Below are positions 21,806 through 36,409 of a stretch of DNA of 64,000 nucleotides, in pieces; position 1 is the stretch's first letter, and each line of letters opens with the position of its first letter. Origin of the DNA: Geosiphon pyriformis uo1 (lineage: Eukaryota; Fungi; Glomeromycota); contig JAAOMT010000128.1 of assembly GCA_016748015.1 (NCBI GenBank), positions 937,538 to 1,001,537 of the forward strand, given 5' to 3'. The notes beneath the pieces were generated by a model. That model was not told the DNA's origin. It worked only from the letters and a program-made list of their open reading frames with translations, and did no database searches. The translations under genes and the position numbers were made by a program.

Positions 21806-23767
21806 ACATATTTTTATTATTATTGTTTTCAAGATTTAAAACAATATATAATAATTGGCTTTATATATTTTATTTATTATTTATATTTAATATTGATTAA
21901 TTAAATATTTTACATATTTACAATAATAATAAACATGTATTTTGTTTTGTATTTTTGTTATGATATGTAATTTTGTAAACTATTATTAAATTTTAGTTCA
22001 ATTATTAAGAAGTTTAATAAATGTTATTTTTTTTAAATTTAAATAAAAAAACTTAAAAAGTTTTTTTTAATCAAATTAAGCAAAATATTAGATAACAGTT
22101 TTATTTTGATTTTGTTTAAAGCTAAATTATGGCATTTAAATTGTTAAAATATTTTAAAAATACATTTTTAAATTAATAAAACTTGTAAGTTTTATGTTTA
22201 ATCTTTAATACTATAAATTAACAATATTTTTCAAAAAAAAAGTAATATTTAAATTATTTTGTTTATTTTAATTATTTGTTTAGATAACTTTTTGTGTTTT
22301 TTTAAGTTATATATATTTATTTATTTATTTTTTAAAAAAATTTATTAATTATATAATATATAATATAATTATTTTGTTATTGTTTTTTATTGATAATAAT
22401 AATAAAATTAGATTTTTATATATATTTTTTAAAATAATTTTATTATTTAATAGTTTTTTTTTATATTTTAATTCAGATTTTTTTTTATAATTTTCAAATT
22501 TCATTTCAAATATTAGTAAAAAAAGAGTTTTTAAAATAATAATAAGTATTTTTCTGTAATTAATATATTTTTTCAATTATATTTTTAAGTTTTTAATATA
22601 ATTAAAAGTTTTAAGTATTATTACTTATAAAGTAAGATAAAAAACAAATAATAATTAAAATATAACATAAATTAACCAATAGTATAATAAAAATTATCAG
22701 ATCATATAATATTAGAAAAAATTTTAAAAATTTTAAAAATGCCAAAAATTTTAGAAATACCAAAAATTTTAATAAAAACTTAAAAAAAATATAAAAATTA
22801 TTAGAGATTTCAGAACTTTTGTATTAAAAAAATTTATGTATATATAGTATAGTATTAAAAACAGAAAAAAAACCAGTTTATTAAATTTTTATCAAATTTT
22901 TTTAATAGTTAAAAATTTAATACTTAAAGTAAATATTTTTCTAATAAAAATTATAATTTAATTATTTATTATCTAAAATATATAAATTTATATTTATTTT
23001 TTTTAAATTTACTTATATCTAACTAATATTATTAATATTAAAACTATTAATAATATTAAAACAATAACTTTTAATTATAATTATTAATAAGATATTAATT
23101 TTTTATTTTTTATTTATTTATTTTTTTAAATTTGTTTTGCTTTATTTTATTTATTAATTAAAAAAAGCATTGAAATTATAATATTAAAAATTTTTTAGTA
23201 TTATAAAAGTGTTTTCTTAGTATAATAATTATTAATATTTTTAATTTAACTATAATTAATTTTTTATAAGTTTCTTAATTTAATTATATAATATTATTAA
23301 TATTATAATATAACTTTTTCTTAAATTTTGGTTGTTATTATATATTAATATATTTTTTTTAAAGACTAATCTAAAATTTATTTATTATTATTAAAATTTT
23401 TTTTAAAGCTATTTTTGTAATTATTTAAAATATTTTTCTAATCTAAAAACACAAAATATTAATAATTTTTTAATTATTTTTTTTAATTTTAACAATAAAA
23501 CTTTAATTAATTAATAACAACATAAATAATTTTGATTAAAAATTATTTTTTTTAAAAATTTAGTTACTAAATAACAGTTTTATTTAATAAATAAATACAA
23601 ATGAGTTTTCTAATAATTTACTATAATAATTTAGTAAAGGGTACTCTTTCTTTTATTGATCCCTTGTCCACAATGAAAGCTTGGAGTTGTCAAAAAGATA
23701 GCTTTTCTTACCTTTTTTTCCCTTCATCTCTTTTGTTATTTCTTTAAACATATCTCTATTTGTGTTT

Positions 23768-25669
23768 ATGGATTCAGTGGGCTCTTCTGCTGGTGCTTCG
23801 AGTTCGAGTTCAGCTGGGTTGGAGTCCCAGTCTGACAGTAAAAAAATTAAAGTGCATGTTGAGAGTATATACTCATGTAATTCTTTATACAAAAAAACAA
23901 AGTTGCCTGGTGTTTCTGGTGGTGTTATGGACTCATTAGACAGCCTGATTTCGGTGGATATGCTACATAGTGATGGTGTTGGGCTGCAGAGATCTTGGGG
24001 AAGCAAAGTAGATAGTGAGGAAGCAGGTGTTAGTAAGGTGTCAGATGCCAAGAATTTGGAAAGCGCAGTTGCTGAGAAGACAAATTACATGAATTCCAAT
24101 GCTTCTAAGACTGATAAAATGGAAGACAATGTGACTCCGAAAAAAACATGAACAAGAACCCTTATTTTGAAACAGCTGCCAAAGGCAATTTCCTTCGCAG
24201 GCATGAGTGATGACAATACTAAGTTGGTGCTTCCTGGAGCTAAATTTGCTGAATCCAATTGGCTGCCATCTGTGATTTCACGTGTTTTGGAACGTTGCAT
24301 CTTTGAACCAGTTAAATTGTTCGCCTTAGATATAGAGTTGTTAAATGTGTCTGAAAAGACCAATAGTAATAAGTTGATTTCAATTAAGAAAATTTTTTAC
24401 AGAATTGATGGTTTTGAGGGAGCCTCAACTCTCTTAAAATTTTCTGGTATCATTCGGTCAACTTTCACAAGTGGGTCTAGTTTGAATAAGGCCAGGAAAA
24501 TGGTGATCAATGAAAAAATAATTGTGAACAATAATCTCAAAAAAATTAACAACCATTCGGATCAGGAAATAATCATTAAGGAGATCCCAGTAGATCTTCC
24601 CAAATTAGCAATTGAAGCAGTGTTTTCCAAATTTGGCAAAATTATATCAATCAAGATGCAATTAATTGGGCTTTGGCAGAAGGCTTTGGTAAAATTTGAG
24701 TCTATTAAAACTGCATGTTTGGTCGCGTCTAAATGGTCAGTTCTCATGGGTAAAGATTCTGTGCGTGTTGCTTTGGCCATCAGTGACAAGAAGCTATGGA
24801 TTTTGAGGGACTGTTATCGCACTTTGTTGTACACCCTTCTGGTTGGTACTACTGCACATAATCTTTCTGAATTGGTGGAGGCTTATGGTGGGAAAACATG
24901 TTTTATTGGCTGAAATCCTAATTCATATGTTTGTGATAAGTGTGTGGTTATTTGTTTTGAGAGTAAGGCATCTAAGTTGGCTGCTATTGGTTCTGTTCCT
25001 GTTTTCAAGGGTGTGAGTTTGCAGTGGGCTGGTTTTTTTTTGGCCAGTTGCACTCAGTACAAACAATTTGGTCATATTATAATTAACTGTTCTTTGGGTG
25101 GGAATTCTGGTGTCTGTGAGAAACAAGTGTTCTTTAATCAAGACCAGGTTTATCTGGCTGGCATTTATAAGAAAAAGCTGGCTTCTATCTCCCATCCCAT
25201 GTTTTTCACTGGTAAAACTTGGGCTTAAGTTGCTGGAAGTCTCAATTCTCGCATGGCTTTGTCGTTTCCTGGTAGCAGTTTGCTGTCGACCATAGTACCT
25301 CCCCCTCAATTTTCTTTGGATGTGAATAATAGGTTTGCCACTCTTGAGTGCAGTCTTGCCAGCCTTGCTAAGCAGGTTGATAAGCTGGCCAAAAGGTTGG
25401 ATGTACTTGGGCTGACAGTTTCCCAGCATGGCCCTGAATGTCAGCCATTGATAACCTCTTTATCACAGAATCAAGGGGCGGATACAGTGATGAGTGAGGA
25501 TTTGGGTGCAGCCACTAGTGGTAGGACTGTTGTAGAGACAGTTGTTTACAATTTGTTAGCAGTTTCTAAATTGGAAGATACTTTGAATATTCTTTCAAAA
25601 ACTGTTATGGGCCTTTTGGCCAGGTTGGAAAATGCTGGTTTGGGTTTTGGATCACTTCCCTCTCAATGA
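23768..25669 (+). pseudogene. LINE-B ORF1 (RRM-like, CCHC, coiled coil)
   Basis: IIIKEIPVDL..VFSKFGKI RRM; CTQYKQFGHIIINC decayed knuckle; ends PSQ*. Confidence 0.9.
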
Positions 25670-27509
25670 CTGACATCATTTGGAAGGTAGCTACATGTAA
25701 TGTTCGAGGTATGAACAATTTTGCAAAACAGGAAGACATTGTGTATTGGCACAAAGATTTATGCAATTTGGTTTTCATTCTCATGGAAACAAAGTTGAAG
25801 GATAAAACTCATCTTTGGTTGGCTAGCAAGTTTGATGGTATTCGTGTTTTCTCTTCTGGTTTGGTCTCTGGCTACACTGGAGCTGGTGTCATGATGGTTT
25901 TGGACAATTTTTTAGCTAAGCATGTTAGTAAGGTTTTTGAGGTTCCTGGCCACCTTCTCTGCATTAAGTTACTTTTTAAAAACAAACTTTTGGTTTTTAT
26001 TTTGGGGCTTTATGCTGGTGCTTCTTTGACTGCTTGGTTTTCCCAAGTTGCTGAGGTCAATTCCTTGATTGCAAGGGCTGTTAATGAATCTTCTTTTGTT
26101 ATTCTTGGTGGTGACTTCAATGAGGATAGTTTTCAGAAGTGCACCAGTCTCAAAAAATGCTTTGATTTGGGTTTGGTTAACTCTCTGGAGAGGAGCTCTT
26201 CTGTGAAGTTACCTACTTGGTACAACTCTCATGGTGTTGCTAAGACAATTGATTACATGTTTATTTTGTCTAATTTGATTAGTGCAGTAGTAGATTGTAA
26301 TGTGACTACTGTCGATGACTATTTTGATACCGATTATAAGGCTGTTTCTGTATTCATGGGTCTTGGTGGTTTGCTGGATGTACAACTGAACTCTTTGCAT
26401 AAACAGACAAATAGGGATCATTGGAAATATAATTTTATGAGTGCTGATAGTGCTAAGTAGATCAAATTCAAAGAAAATACGGCTGCAAATACTGCCATGT
26501 TTTGTGATAAGTTTGGTGCTGCTGGGAGGAGTTCAGATTTGGACTTGATGTGAAATGCTCTCTACCAAGTAGTGTGCTTGTCAGCAGAAAGTGTTTTTAA
26601 GAAGAAATAGTTTAAGAGCTATAACAGTGTTTTTAATAGGGCATCCTCCAGATTTCACAAATTGGAACTTTTGGTGTTGAGGATTGTCAAGTCCTCACAT
26701 CTGGCTTCCCATAATGAGTTTGTTTTCTTACTTGGCTTATGAAGTGGTCTTGATTCTATCAACACTTCTGTTGTTAAGTCTCTTTTTCTTTCAGGTTCCC
26801 ATTTTGATATCATTCAGTTAGTTTTGGCCAAAATCAGAAAATTTTACTGTTTGTCTAAGTTGTTGGAATCAGACCATGCTAGGAAGTCTCAGATCAGATT
26901 GGCAATTGACAGAAAAATAGAGAGCTTTGAGTTGAACAAGGGTTATACTATTAGGAGTGTTTTGGAATGCCCTTTCCGCAAAGTAGGTTTAAACCATCTA
27001 GTGGTGAGTAATGAGCTGATTTTGGAGCCTGATCTTGTGAAATCTAAAGTGGATGTGATTATGGAGAGTTAGACTCAATCATGTCAGGTGGTTACTGATG
27101 TCTCTAGTGATTGGAATCATCAATATCAACCTTTGGATTATGTTTTTAATGAAGCCTTTTCTGGTGTAATAAGTTCAATTAGTTTTGATGAGTTGTTCAG
27201 GATGGTTTCTGGTCTGCCTGATGGCAAAGCTACTGGCCTTTCTGGAATTTTAAATGAACTCTGGAAGCATTGTAATAGATCTGTTTTGGATATGCTTTTG
27301 GTGCTTTTAAACTCTTGTTTGTTATGTGAATCAGTGCCTTGCTCCTGGAAGGAGGTGTGGGTCTCAATGATCTCTAAACCATATGAGTGGAAGGGTGTAC
27401 TAACAAATACACATCCTATTGTTTTGATTGAGATGGCTCGTAAGATTCTTTTCAAGATTCTCTCTGATTAGATTTTGTTAACATGCAGCATGTTTGACAT
27501 TTTTTGTGG
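25666..27509 (+). pseudogene. LINE-B ORF2 5' part (APE endonuclease, tether, RT start)
   Basis: WKVATCNVRG, ETK, GGDFN, TWYNS, IDY; PDGKATGLSG, KPYEW. Confidence 0.92.
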
Positions 27510-28494
27510 TGTTACCAGACGAAATTAGAGATATTATTTAGTATGAAAATTATCTTATAAATCCTATTATTAATTAGCATATATTATCATTTTAAATTAT
27601 TACTTATTACATTAGCAAAATGTCTGAAATTATTATTTAAATTAATAACCCAATTTGTACACAAACACAAATGTAATCTAATTGCAATGATCAATCATGC
27701 AATACTCCAAACTATGTAATATTCAAAAGTTCGCCAAAATTTGTAGAAATTTGCTGAAATAATTGATAGTTCACCGAAATATCTAATAGTTTGCAGAAAT
27801 AACTTGTAGTTTACCGAAATGTATCTTTAGTTCAGCGAAATTGTAGAAAATAGCAAAGTTCAAGTTCATAGAATAGTGTTACAACAAGTTGTATAAAAAA
27901 AGAGCATCTCTCTTCGAGAAAATGTATCTTACTTTAAATTTATCACTTAGAACCATTTTTACATACACAAAAAGAAATAAAAATCAAATAATTCAAAAAA
28001 ACCAAAATTTTTAATTATTACACTTGAAAAATCCTCAAAACCCAACTAATGTTTTGAAATTGATTAGCTACCAATTTCAGTAAACTGTTAGTGACTCCAA
28101 GCCTGGATAAAAAACGTTTCTCTTGACAAAATTCTATTTCTTTTATATTTTTTTTATTTTTCTTTTATTTTTTATTATTACAATCATTAGGGTAACTTAC
28201 AGATGAGATTCCTGTAGAAAAGTTGACTTTCACAGCAAAGTAACTACACATTTTTTGTGAGCTCCCAGACGAGCAATTCCTAGGAAAGAGTTGACGTTTA
28301 CTACAACGTAACTACATAAAGTAACTGGCACAGAATTGGCCATTCCACTTATAAGCCCAGTAAGTTCAAATTATAGGAGATAATTTGAAGATAAATTCAA
28401 TTACTGGAGGTCTAACTACTTCCTGGAAACGTGAATTCACAACAAACAGACATTAAAAACATTCAAGAAAAGAGACCAAAAACCTCCAGTAACA
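27510..28494 (+). repeat. G2 5' LTR
   Basis: Repeat of 36410-37394; ~20-nt TAGTTCRCCGAAAT-type repeats at 27727-27842; TATAAAA at ~27892. Confidence 0.96.
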
Positions 28495-28496
28495 TT

Positions 28497-28513
28497 TGGT
28501 GCTCTCCCATGGA
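28497..28513 (+). promoter_or_regulatory. G2 primer binding site TGGTGCTCTC...
   Basis: TGG 2 nt after the LTR end; first 8 nt identical to the G3 PBS. Confidence 0.75.
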
Positions 28514-28540
28514 AATAACACAGCAACAACAAAATTTAAA

Positions 28541-31500
28541 GTGGCGACCACATCAGACACAACAACTCTAGGGTATTACCAATTAATTTACACCTACTGC
28601 AAGCAAAGATTCAACATTTCAGACGGAATTGAAGTTGTCAAAAAATCAGTATACTAATACATTGAAAACCACATTAACAATTATCTTTTTGGAAATTACA
28701 ATATCTCAGAAATTAGAAACAATCTTTACAATAATTTAGCACACTATTGACAATTGGGAACTGAAGACCTTAACAGCAAAACACTTGCCACTTACTTTCA
28801 TAAACTTAATTTTAACATTATCAAATACTGTGAAGAAACATATCTAGTGCAGTCTCAATATTTTATTGATTTTGAATTGGAAACAAAAACAAGCAACAAA
28901 GGCAAAAACAAATTAAAGCAATACTCAAAAACCACCCCAAATATTTCAACACTACCAAAAATAACTGCCCAACATTTACAAACACCTGAACAAGAAACCA
29001 GTTCAAAACTTTCACTTATTATCACACCTTTTTCAGCTTTATTTGCACAAGCACAAATGCCTAATTCACCCTTGAATCAATTTGCAAGACCAGAAGATTT
29101 TATATTACTCAGAAGTCCCATCAGACAACAAGAATCTCTTCAAACTAGTTCCAATCTCCTTGACTTTTTAGCTGAAAATCAAAGTAAACACTCTGAGACA
29201 GCAGTAAACAAAGAAAATGAACCTGAAATATCTAAAGAAGAATCAATAGACAGTGAAAACAAAGAAGATGAAATGACAACATACATCGCAAAAATCCCTG
29301 AATTTAATGAAGAAGACATTGAGACCAGCCCTCAAGAATGGCTTGACCAAGTTATTAAAGCTGGAGATGCAAATGGATGGAATGCTGCCAGAATATTAAG
29401 AACAATTCCCTACTTTCTAAAAGAAACAGCAAGAGAATGATTTGAAAACTTGGCCGCCCCATTCAATGATTGAAACACTTTCAAAGCAGCCTTTTTTGAA
29501 CAGTTGACCGACAATAATACCTCCATTACCCTTCACAATTGTTTTCGAAATATCAAACAAGAACTCTCCAAATCTGTTATGACTTATATCAGGAAATTCA
29601 ACAAACTTCTCAGACAAATTTGCCAACTCGAAACAAACAATTATTATTCCAATTCTCAAATCTTAGATCAATTTATTGCTGGTCTAAAAAATAAACTCAT
29701 TAAAAAGATTCACCCATATGCGCCAAAAGATTTAAACTCTGCCATACAGCATGCGAAAAGATACGAAATGACCATGGAAGAGGCCAATTGCACAAAACTT
29801 GTAAATTTGGCAATTGGAGAAACCAGCTCAACAGCTGAGGAAAAAATTGACCAACTTACAAAAAAAGTTGAAAACTATTTCACTAATCAACAACAATAGC
29901 AACCGCAAAGATATCAACCACTCCAAGAACAAAATCAAAATAACTTTGCACCACTTTTCAATAACCAGCCTCAGAATTGTCATTACTGTGGAATCTTTGG
30001 CCACTGGAAAAAAAATTGCAGAAAGCTACAACGAGACCAACAAAATAGGAGTAATCAATGTTACCCTCTACCACAACAACCTTATTATCAACCACCACCA
30101 CCAGCTTACTATCAACCAAGACCCCAATACCAAAATAGCTATTATCAGCCTGCTCTACAGCCAATCCAACAGCAATACCAACAACCACCCACACAACATT
30201 ATCAAGTACCTGCTCGAAGACTGATTACACAAAATCAATTCAAACCACAAAACCAGTACCAAGTAAACAACAATAGAATCAGTTCGAACAACCAATTAGT
30301 TTCCTGAAATTCCATTCAACCAAGACCCAACCACTACCACACTCAACCCAGTTATTTAACAATGCCAAAAGAACAGGATTTTCACCATACTGCACCCTTG
30401 GAAGGTAGAGCTGCAGCACAACAACAAAACTCTTCTTATACTCCCACCACAATCCCACCAGCCAGAATTGCTGAAAACGCTAACCTTTCAGATATATTCT
30501 CTTTTGAGTTCGAAGCAAATAAGTCACCATTCCTGCTTAGCAATACAGCCACCAATGAACAAAAAGCAATCACAGCTATGTACACTGAAGCAGAAGTCAA
30601 AGGAAAGACAATTTGCTTGATCCTAGACAGTGGATTTGCCGGAAGCATTATCACCTACCAGTTAATGCAACAGTTGAAGAAAAATGTTAACCGACCAGCT
30701 CAAACAGTAATTGTCACTGCTAATGGCATAAAAAAGACCCCAGTAGGAGAAATTGACAATTTTCCATTCACTCTTGATGGAATCACCATTCCAGTCAAAG
30801 TTCTTATAATGGATGCACCCCAGTACCAAGCTCTCGTCAGAAATGATTGGCTTCAAAAAGCCAATGCTAATCTGAATTGGGAAACACAAGAATTAACAAT
30901 CTCCTACCAAGGACAACACACATGGGTACCTGCCACTTGTGATACATTCAACAAATGCTCTGAAAAAGCCCCAGCTTTTGAATTTGAACCGGAAAAAGAA
31001 AAACCCCTCATTGAAACATTCATGGCTCTTGGATTAACATCCAACTGGGCCAATGAAACAGAACAAGAATATTTTACCCCACACTCTGAACCCGAAACCT
31101 TTGGATGGAATATCCCTTACTCAAAACTCAAACCAAGAAAACAACGCCCCTATATTCCCCTTAAATATAAGGACTGCCACAAGAAACTATCATCAATGAG
31201 AGCCTGTATTTTACCTGAAGAAGAATATGAAAATCATACTTGTTATTACTGCAAGGCTTGTTACAGAGAACAATGGGGCCATCTAATAAAAAAGAGTGGA
31301 AAATGGGACAACATCTCTTGTTTGACTTGTGGAGATATGCTACTGGAAGAATGCAATTAGATTGATGTAGCCATGAGAGGAGGAGTTTGCAATCAGACCT
31401 GCCAATATGCTTTATCAATTTCAGAAAAAGTAAAAAGAGGAACACCCTTTAATGTGACATACAACAGTGCTCTCAACAAACTTTATCACTACTCCCATAA

Positions 31501-34159
31501 TGCCGAAATGATTTTTGACCTAGCAATGGCATTAATTAATAGAGCTACCAAAGAAGATGTTTGTCAAATGAAGGAAGCAGAATATATTGAATACACCATG
31601 GAATTAGCTGGATTTGATTATGAAGACGAAGTAGAAGTCTACTACCAAATTGCAAGTTACATCTACTCAACCCAAAAAGCTCAAATTCAATGATTAGAGC
31701 AAATGAACATTAGGCTATGTGAAAAATGCATTATGTCTTGTAATGAACAGTGGTGTCCTGAATGCTATGCTCTTAGTATCCCCTTGCCCAGCGAAAATGA
31801 TGAAAATGAAATTGAATTTGGAAAACCTGAAACAATGGAAGAAATTGAAATAACACCCATCTACCTTATCAAAAATCAGTCTGCCTTATAACTTGAATAC
31901 TTCAACAACAACAGACAAGAAATAAAACCCGAAAAAGCACATGAAATTGATGCTGGATATGACCTAAGATATCCAGGCAAGGATACTCTTGTTCTCAAAC
32001 CCAAATCTCTCACAAAAATCAACCTTAAAATTGCACTCAAAATCCTGCCAGAAGCAATGGTTCAAATTACCTCCCGGTCCTCTCTGGTAAGCAAAGGAAT
32101 CAATGTCAGAGGAGGAATAATTGATGCTGGATATACTGGAGACATTACAGTGATGCTTCAAAATGAAACTGACAAACCATTCAGGATCAAACATGCTGAA
32201 AAAATTGCCCAAGCTATTTACCTACCCCTAATCAACATTTCGGGTTTGCAACTAGTCAATCAAAGAGAACAATTAGGAAAAAGTGATAGAGGAACCCAAG
32301 GTTTTGGTTCAACTGGACAATTTACAGTTCCAGTTAATATAGCTCTTAACACACAGAACAAATTCCACCAGATTCTCAGACTTCCACAACCAATTACCAT
32401 CTCACCCTTTGGAGAACATTCGGAAATCTACACCTGCCCAAAGCCAACAATCACACAACAAATTTTTGAGTCCAATGAACAAGTCTGCTTAGAACATAAT
32501 ATTTTGATCCTAAACATTTATATTTCAGAAGGAACAAAGAAAGTCCAAGTTACTTTTTACAACCCCAATAATCACCCCATAATTTTATTAAATAATTTAG
32601 AAATTGGAGTTATTTACAGTAATATATTTCAACAAGAATTACCCCAAACAGTCCCCGATTTCTCTGAAATTATTGGACATTCACTACCAAAAATCAACCC
32701 AAATCTCAGCTCAAAAAACTACCATGTTGTCATGGAAAAACTATCTCAAATCAACATAAGACAACTTGAACCACAACAACAGACCCAGCTCAAAGAGCTA
32801 ATTGCAGAATTTGCCGATATCTTCGCTGAAAACAACAATGACTTAGGAAGAACCGATTTGGTTCAACACCAAATTTATACAGGAAATGCCAAACCAAGAA
32901 GACAACAAGCATATCGAGTTGCTCTAGAAAGCCACCAATTTATCCAAGAAGAAGTACAATGAATGCTTAACAATGGGCTCATCCAACCCTCCATGAGTCC
33001 TTGGGCTTTACCTGTAGTGCTAGTTAAAAAGAAAAATGGAAAGATCTAATTTTGTGTTGACTATCGACAACTCAACAGTGTTACAATTGGAGATGTTTAC
33101 CCCCTTTTCCAGATTAATGACATATTAGATGCTCTTGGAAAATCCAAATATTTTTCAACACTAGATTTAGAAAGTGGTTACTGGCAAGTTGCTATGAATC
33201 CCAAAGATTGCCCCAAAACAACATTCACCACCCAAGGCGGAAATTACAAGTTCAATGTAATGCCTTTCGGATTATGCAATGCACCAGCAATATTTCAGAG
33301 ATTAATAGATGTTGTGTACCAAGGACTCTTTTGAAAGTCAGTAGTCGTCTATTTTGACGATACTGATGTTTATTCTCCATTGTTCAAATTACACTTAAAA
33401 CACCTATGAGAAGTTTTTCAACAATTACAAAAAGCAGGACTAAAACTCAACATCGAAAAATGCTACTTTGGAAAAACAAGCCTGGCCTTTCTTGGTCATA
33501 TTGTTAGTAAAGATGGAATCAAACCAGACCCTGGAAAAATCAGCATTGTCAAAAACTTCAAAACTCCTCAAAACACTACAGAACTAAGAGGATTCATAGG
33601 ATTAGCATCTTACTATTAGAAGTTTATTAAAGGATTCTCGGAAATTGCAAAACCCTTCAACCAGCTTACCACCAAAAATGTTGAATACAAATGGACTACT
33701 GAACACCAAAAAGCTTTTGGAATTCTCAAGAAAAAACTGACAACAGCTCCAATCCTTGCCTATCCAGATTTCAGCAAACAATTTCGACTAGCTACAAATG
33801 CTTCATATACTGTCTTTGGTGTCATCTTATCACAACTAGATGACAATGGAAATGAGCGAGTAATTGCTTATGCTAGCAGAACATTAAAACCAGCTGAGAA
33901 AAACTACCCTGCCACAGAACTAGAAACAGCAGCCATAATTTGGGCTCTACACCACTTCAACCTTTATCTCAGGCCTAAAGAATTCGATATTATTACTGAT
34001 AATATTGGACTCAAATGGCTTCAGAACAAAAATACTCAGCTGAATGCAAAACAAATCCAATGGACAGAATTTCTAGCAAACTATCGATACATAGTACATC
34101 ATAAACCAGAAAAACTCCACACCAATGTTGACTGTCTCTCCAGAATAAGACAAGATTAG
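28541..34159 (+). pseudogene. G2 polyprotein Gag-PR-Cys-rich-dUTPase-RT-RNase H (one frame, 1872 codons, internal stops)
   Basis: ORF fragments at 28754, 29504, 30362, 31373, 31703 and 32057 are all in frame with GTG 28541 and TAG 34157; CHYCGIFGHWKKNC, LILDSG, AGYDL/RSS/GGIIDAGY/GFGSTG, VYFDD. Confidence 0.93.
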
Positions 34160-34210
34160 AAAACACAAAAACCAACACTCAACTTAACCAACCAAAAGAG
34201 CCAACAAACA

Positions 34211-35596
34211 ATGAATTCAGAAAACTACAACAATCTCAAACAATATTTGGAAACATTAACAATCCCAACAGATTGGTCTCCAGATGAAAAACATTGACTA
34301 CAACAACAAGCCAAACAATATTTTCTACACAACAACATTATTTATCATCGAAATTTCAAAAACCCAAACAAACCACTTAGATTAATACAAGAACAGAAGA
34401 AAGAGACCATATTATACAACATGCACTCAGATCCATCATCAGCACACTTCAGAAAAGATAGCACCACCCAAAGAACACTAGAATACTACTTTTGGCCTCG
34501 AATGAGAAAAGACATTCATGAATATGTCGAATCTTGTAATAGTTGTCAAAGAAGAGAAGAAACACACCCTACTGAACCATTAAATCCAATCAAAGTTGGA
34601 CAACCTTTTGACCGAGTTGATATCAATTTAATCGGACTACTATCTATTACCACTCAAGGAAACCATTATATTGCAGTAGCTGTAGACTATCTTACTAAAT
34701 GGTCTGAAACCAGAGCCATTCAACAAGCAGATGCGAAATCAATAGCAAATTTCATCTATGAAGACATCATTTGTAGACACGGATGTCCAATTGAACTTTT
34801 ATCCGATCAGGGGACACATTTTGTGAACAACCTAATACAAAAAATTTGCGAACAATTCAATGTCAAAAGACCTCTGTCTTCGTCTTACCATCCACAAACA
34901 AACGGACTTGTGGAACGTTTTAACAGAACATTGTGTAAGTCATTAGCCAAAGTTTTAACCAATTTTGAGCAAGATTGGGATATCTTTATTCCATCAGTGT
35001 TACTAGCATACAGAACACTAAAACAAGATACCACAAAACACACACCATTTGATTTAACTTATGGAAGGACAGCAACATTACCAATTAGTTTCACAATAGA
35101 AACATACCCAGCACAACCAATTGATGAAAACAATTTCCAGAAAATGCTTTAATGAAAAGCCTACACACTTCTTAGCACATTGAAAGGAAAACGACAAATA
35201 GCAGCCACCCATATTGAACACTTCCAAACTCAACAAAAAGAATGGCATGACAACAAATTGCCCCTAGTTACCAATAATTTTAAAGTTGAAAACAAAGTTC
35301 TCTTACACAGAACTAAAGCTAAAAAACAATAGAGTAGAAAATTTGAAAATAAATGGGATGAACTATTCTTTATCTATAAAATACTAGGCAATGGATCATA
35401 CAAGTTAAGACTTGATAACAAAATCCTAGCAAAAGTTGCACATGGAAATCATTTAAAACACTATCATTTCAGAAACAATCTTGAACCATTAATTCCACAA
35501 ATTGGTACACATTCCCCTTTAGTCAATTCCGAAGATATTCCCCAAAACTTAGAACCAATAGTTATCATTGAACAACCTTCCAACTTGAACACTTAA
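34211..35596 (+). pseudogene. G2 integrase as separate ORF (461 codons)
   Basis: MNS start; HSD..H..CNSC; SDQGTHF; NGLVERFN. Confidence 0.9.
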
Positions 35597-35740
35597 ATTA
35601 ATTTTACTAGTTATTCCTTATAATTTAAAAATAATTTTACAAAAACAAAACAAAACAAAACATACTGAAAGACAAAAATAACATAAAAACCCACATACCA
35701 AAAATAATTTCAATCTATTTTTCTCACTCAAATTTTTATA

Positions 35741-36398
35741 ATAACTATCCCTCAAAATATTCAACAAATATCTCAAAAATTAATGCTAGTTTTAAAGACA
35801 ATACCCGAATTATCTATCACTATTACAAGAAAACATATTAATTATACCCAAACAGAAATAGTCGCCAGTTTAGCCCCAAATTCATAAAATTATCACTCCT
35901 ACAAAAAGAACACAAGAAGTTACTCTGGAATTCACCTGCCAGAACTTTTGAAGCTTGCTTTAAAAGAAAATTTAATGTTCACTTCTATTAGTATTCCACC
36001 AAATGCTACTATTTAACAAAAACTTCAACTGTGTCTTAATGAAAAAAACCACGACTATACTCCAATATATAGATATTTTTACATTGGAAAAACACTTTAC
36101 AAATGAAAACGGGAGCTTACAGCAACAAACCTCACAAAAGAAGCTATTTAAAAACAACTTCACAACAAATTCAAAACAATAGCTGGACCTACAAACAGTC
36201 GCTATAAACTAAGAGCTGCTCTTAGACTTTATGATCTATTTTACACCTGTGAAAATTACGACCTTTGAAGATTCAATACATTGGAAAGTTCACAGAACTG
36301 AAATTTCAACAATTTTTAGATCAAATTTTTTCAATAATTTTAGATTACTATCTGGAAATTACAAACAGTACTTGAATTTTGACGGAGCTCAGTCTTGA
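35741..36398 (+). pseudogene. G2 ORF3 (decayed, frameshifted)
   Basis: TIPQNIQQISQKL start resembles G1/G4 ORF3; ends FDGAQS* before the PPT. Confidence 0.7.
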
Positions 36399-36409
36399 GG
36401 AGGAAGTTA

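Noticed and set aside
27727-27842. CRISPR-like repeat-spacer array
   Set aside because: Short degenerate ~20-nt tandem units inside an LTR, duplicated in the sister LTR; no spacers or cas genes
30088-30112. PPxY late-domain motif (PPPPAY) in G2 Gag
   Set aside because: Lies in Q/P/Y low-complexity sequence and is not conserved in G1 or G3
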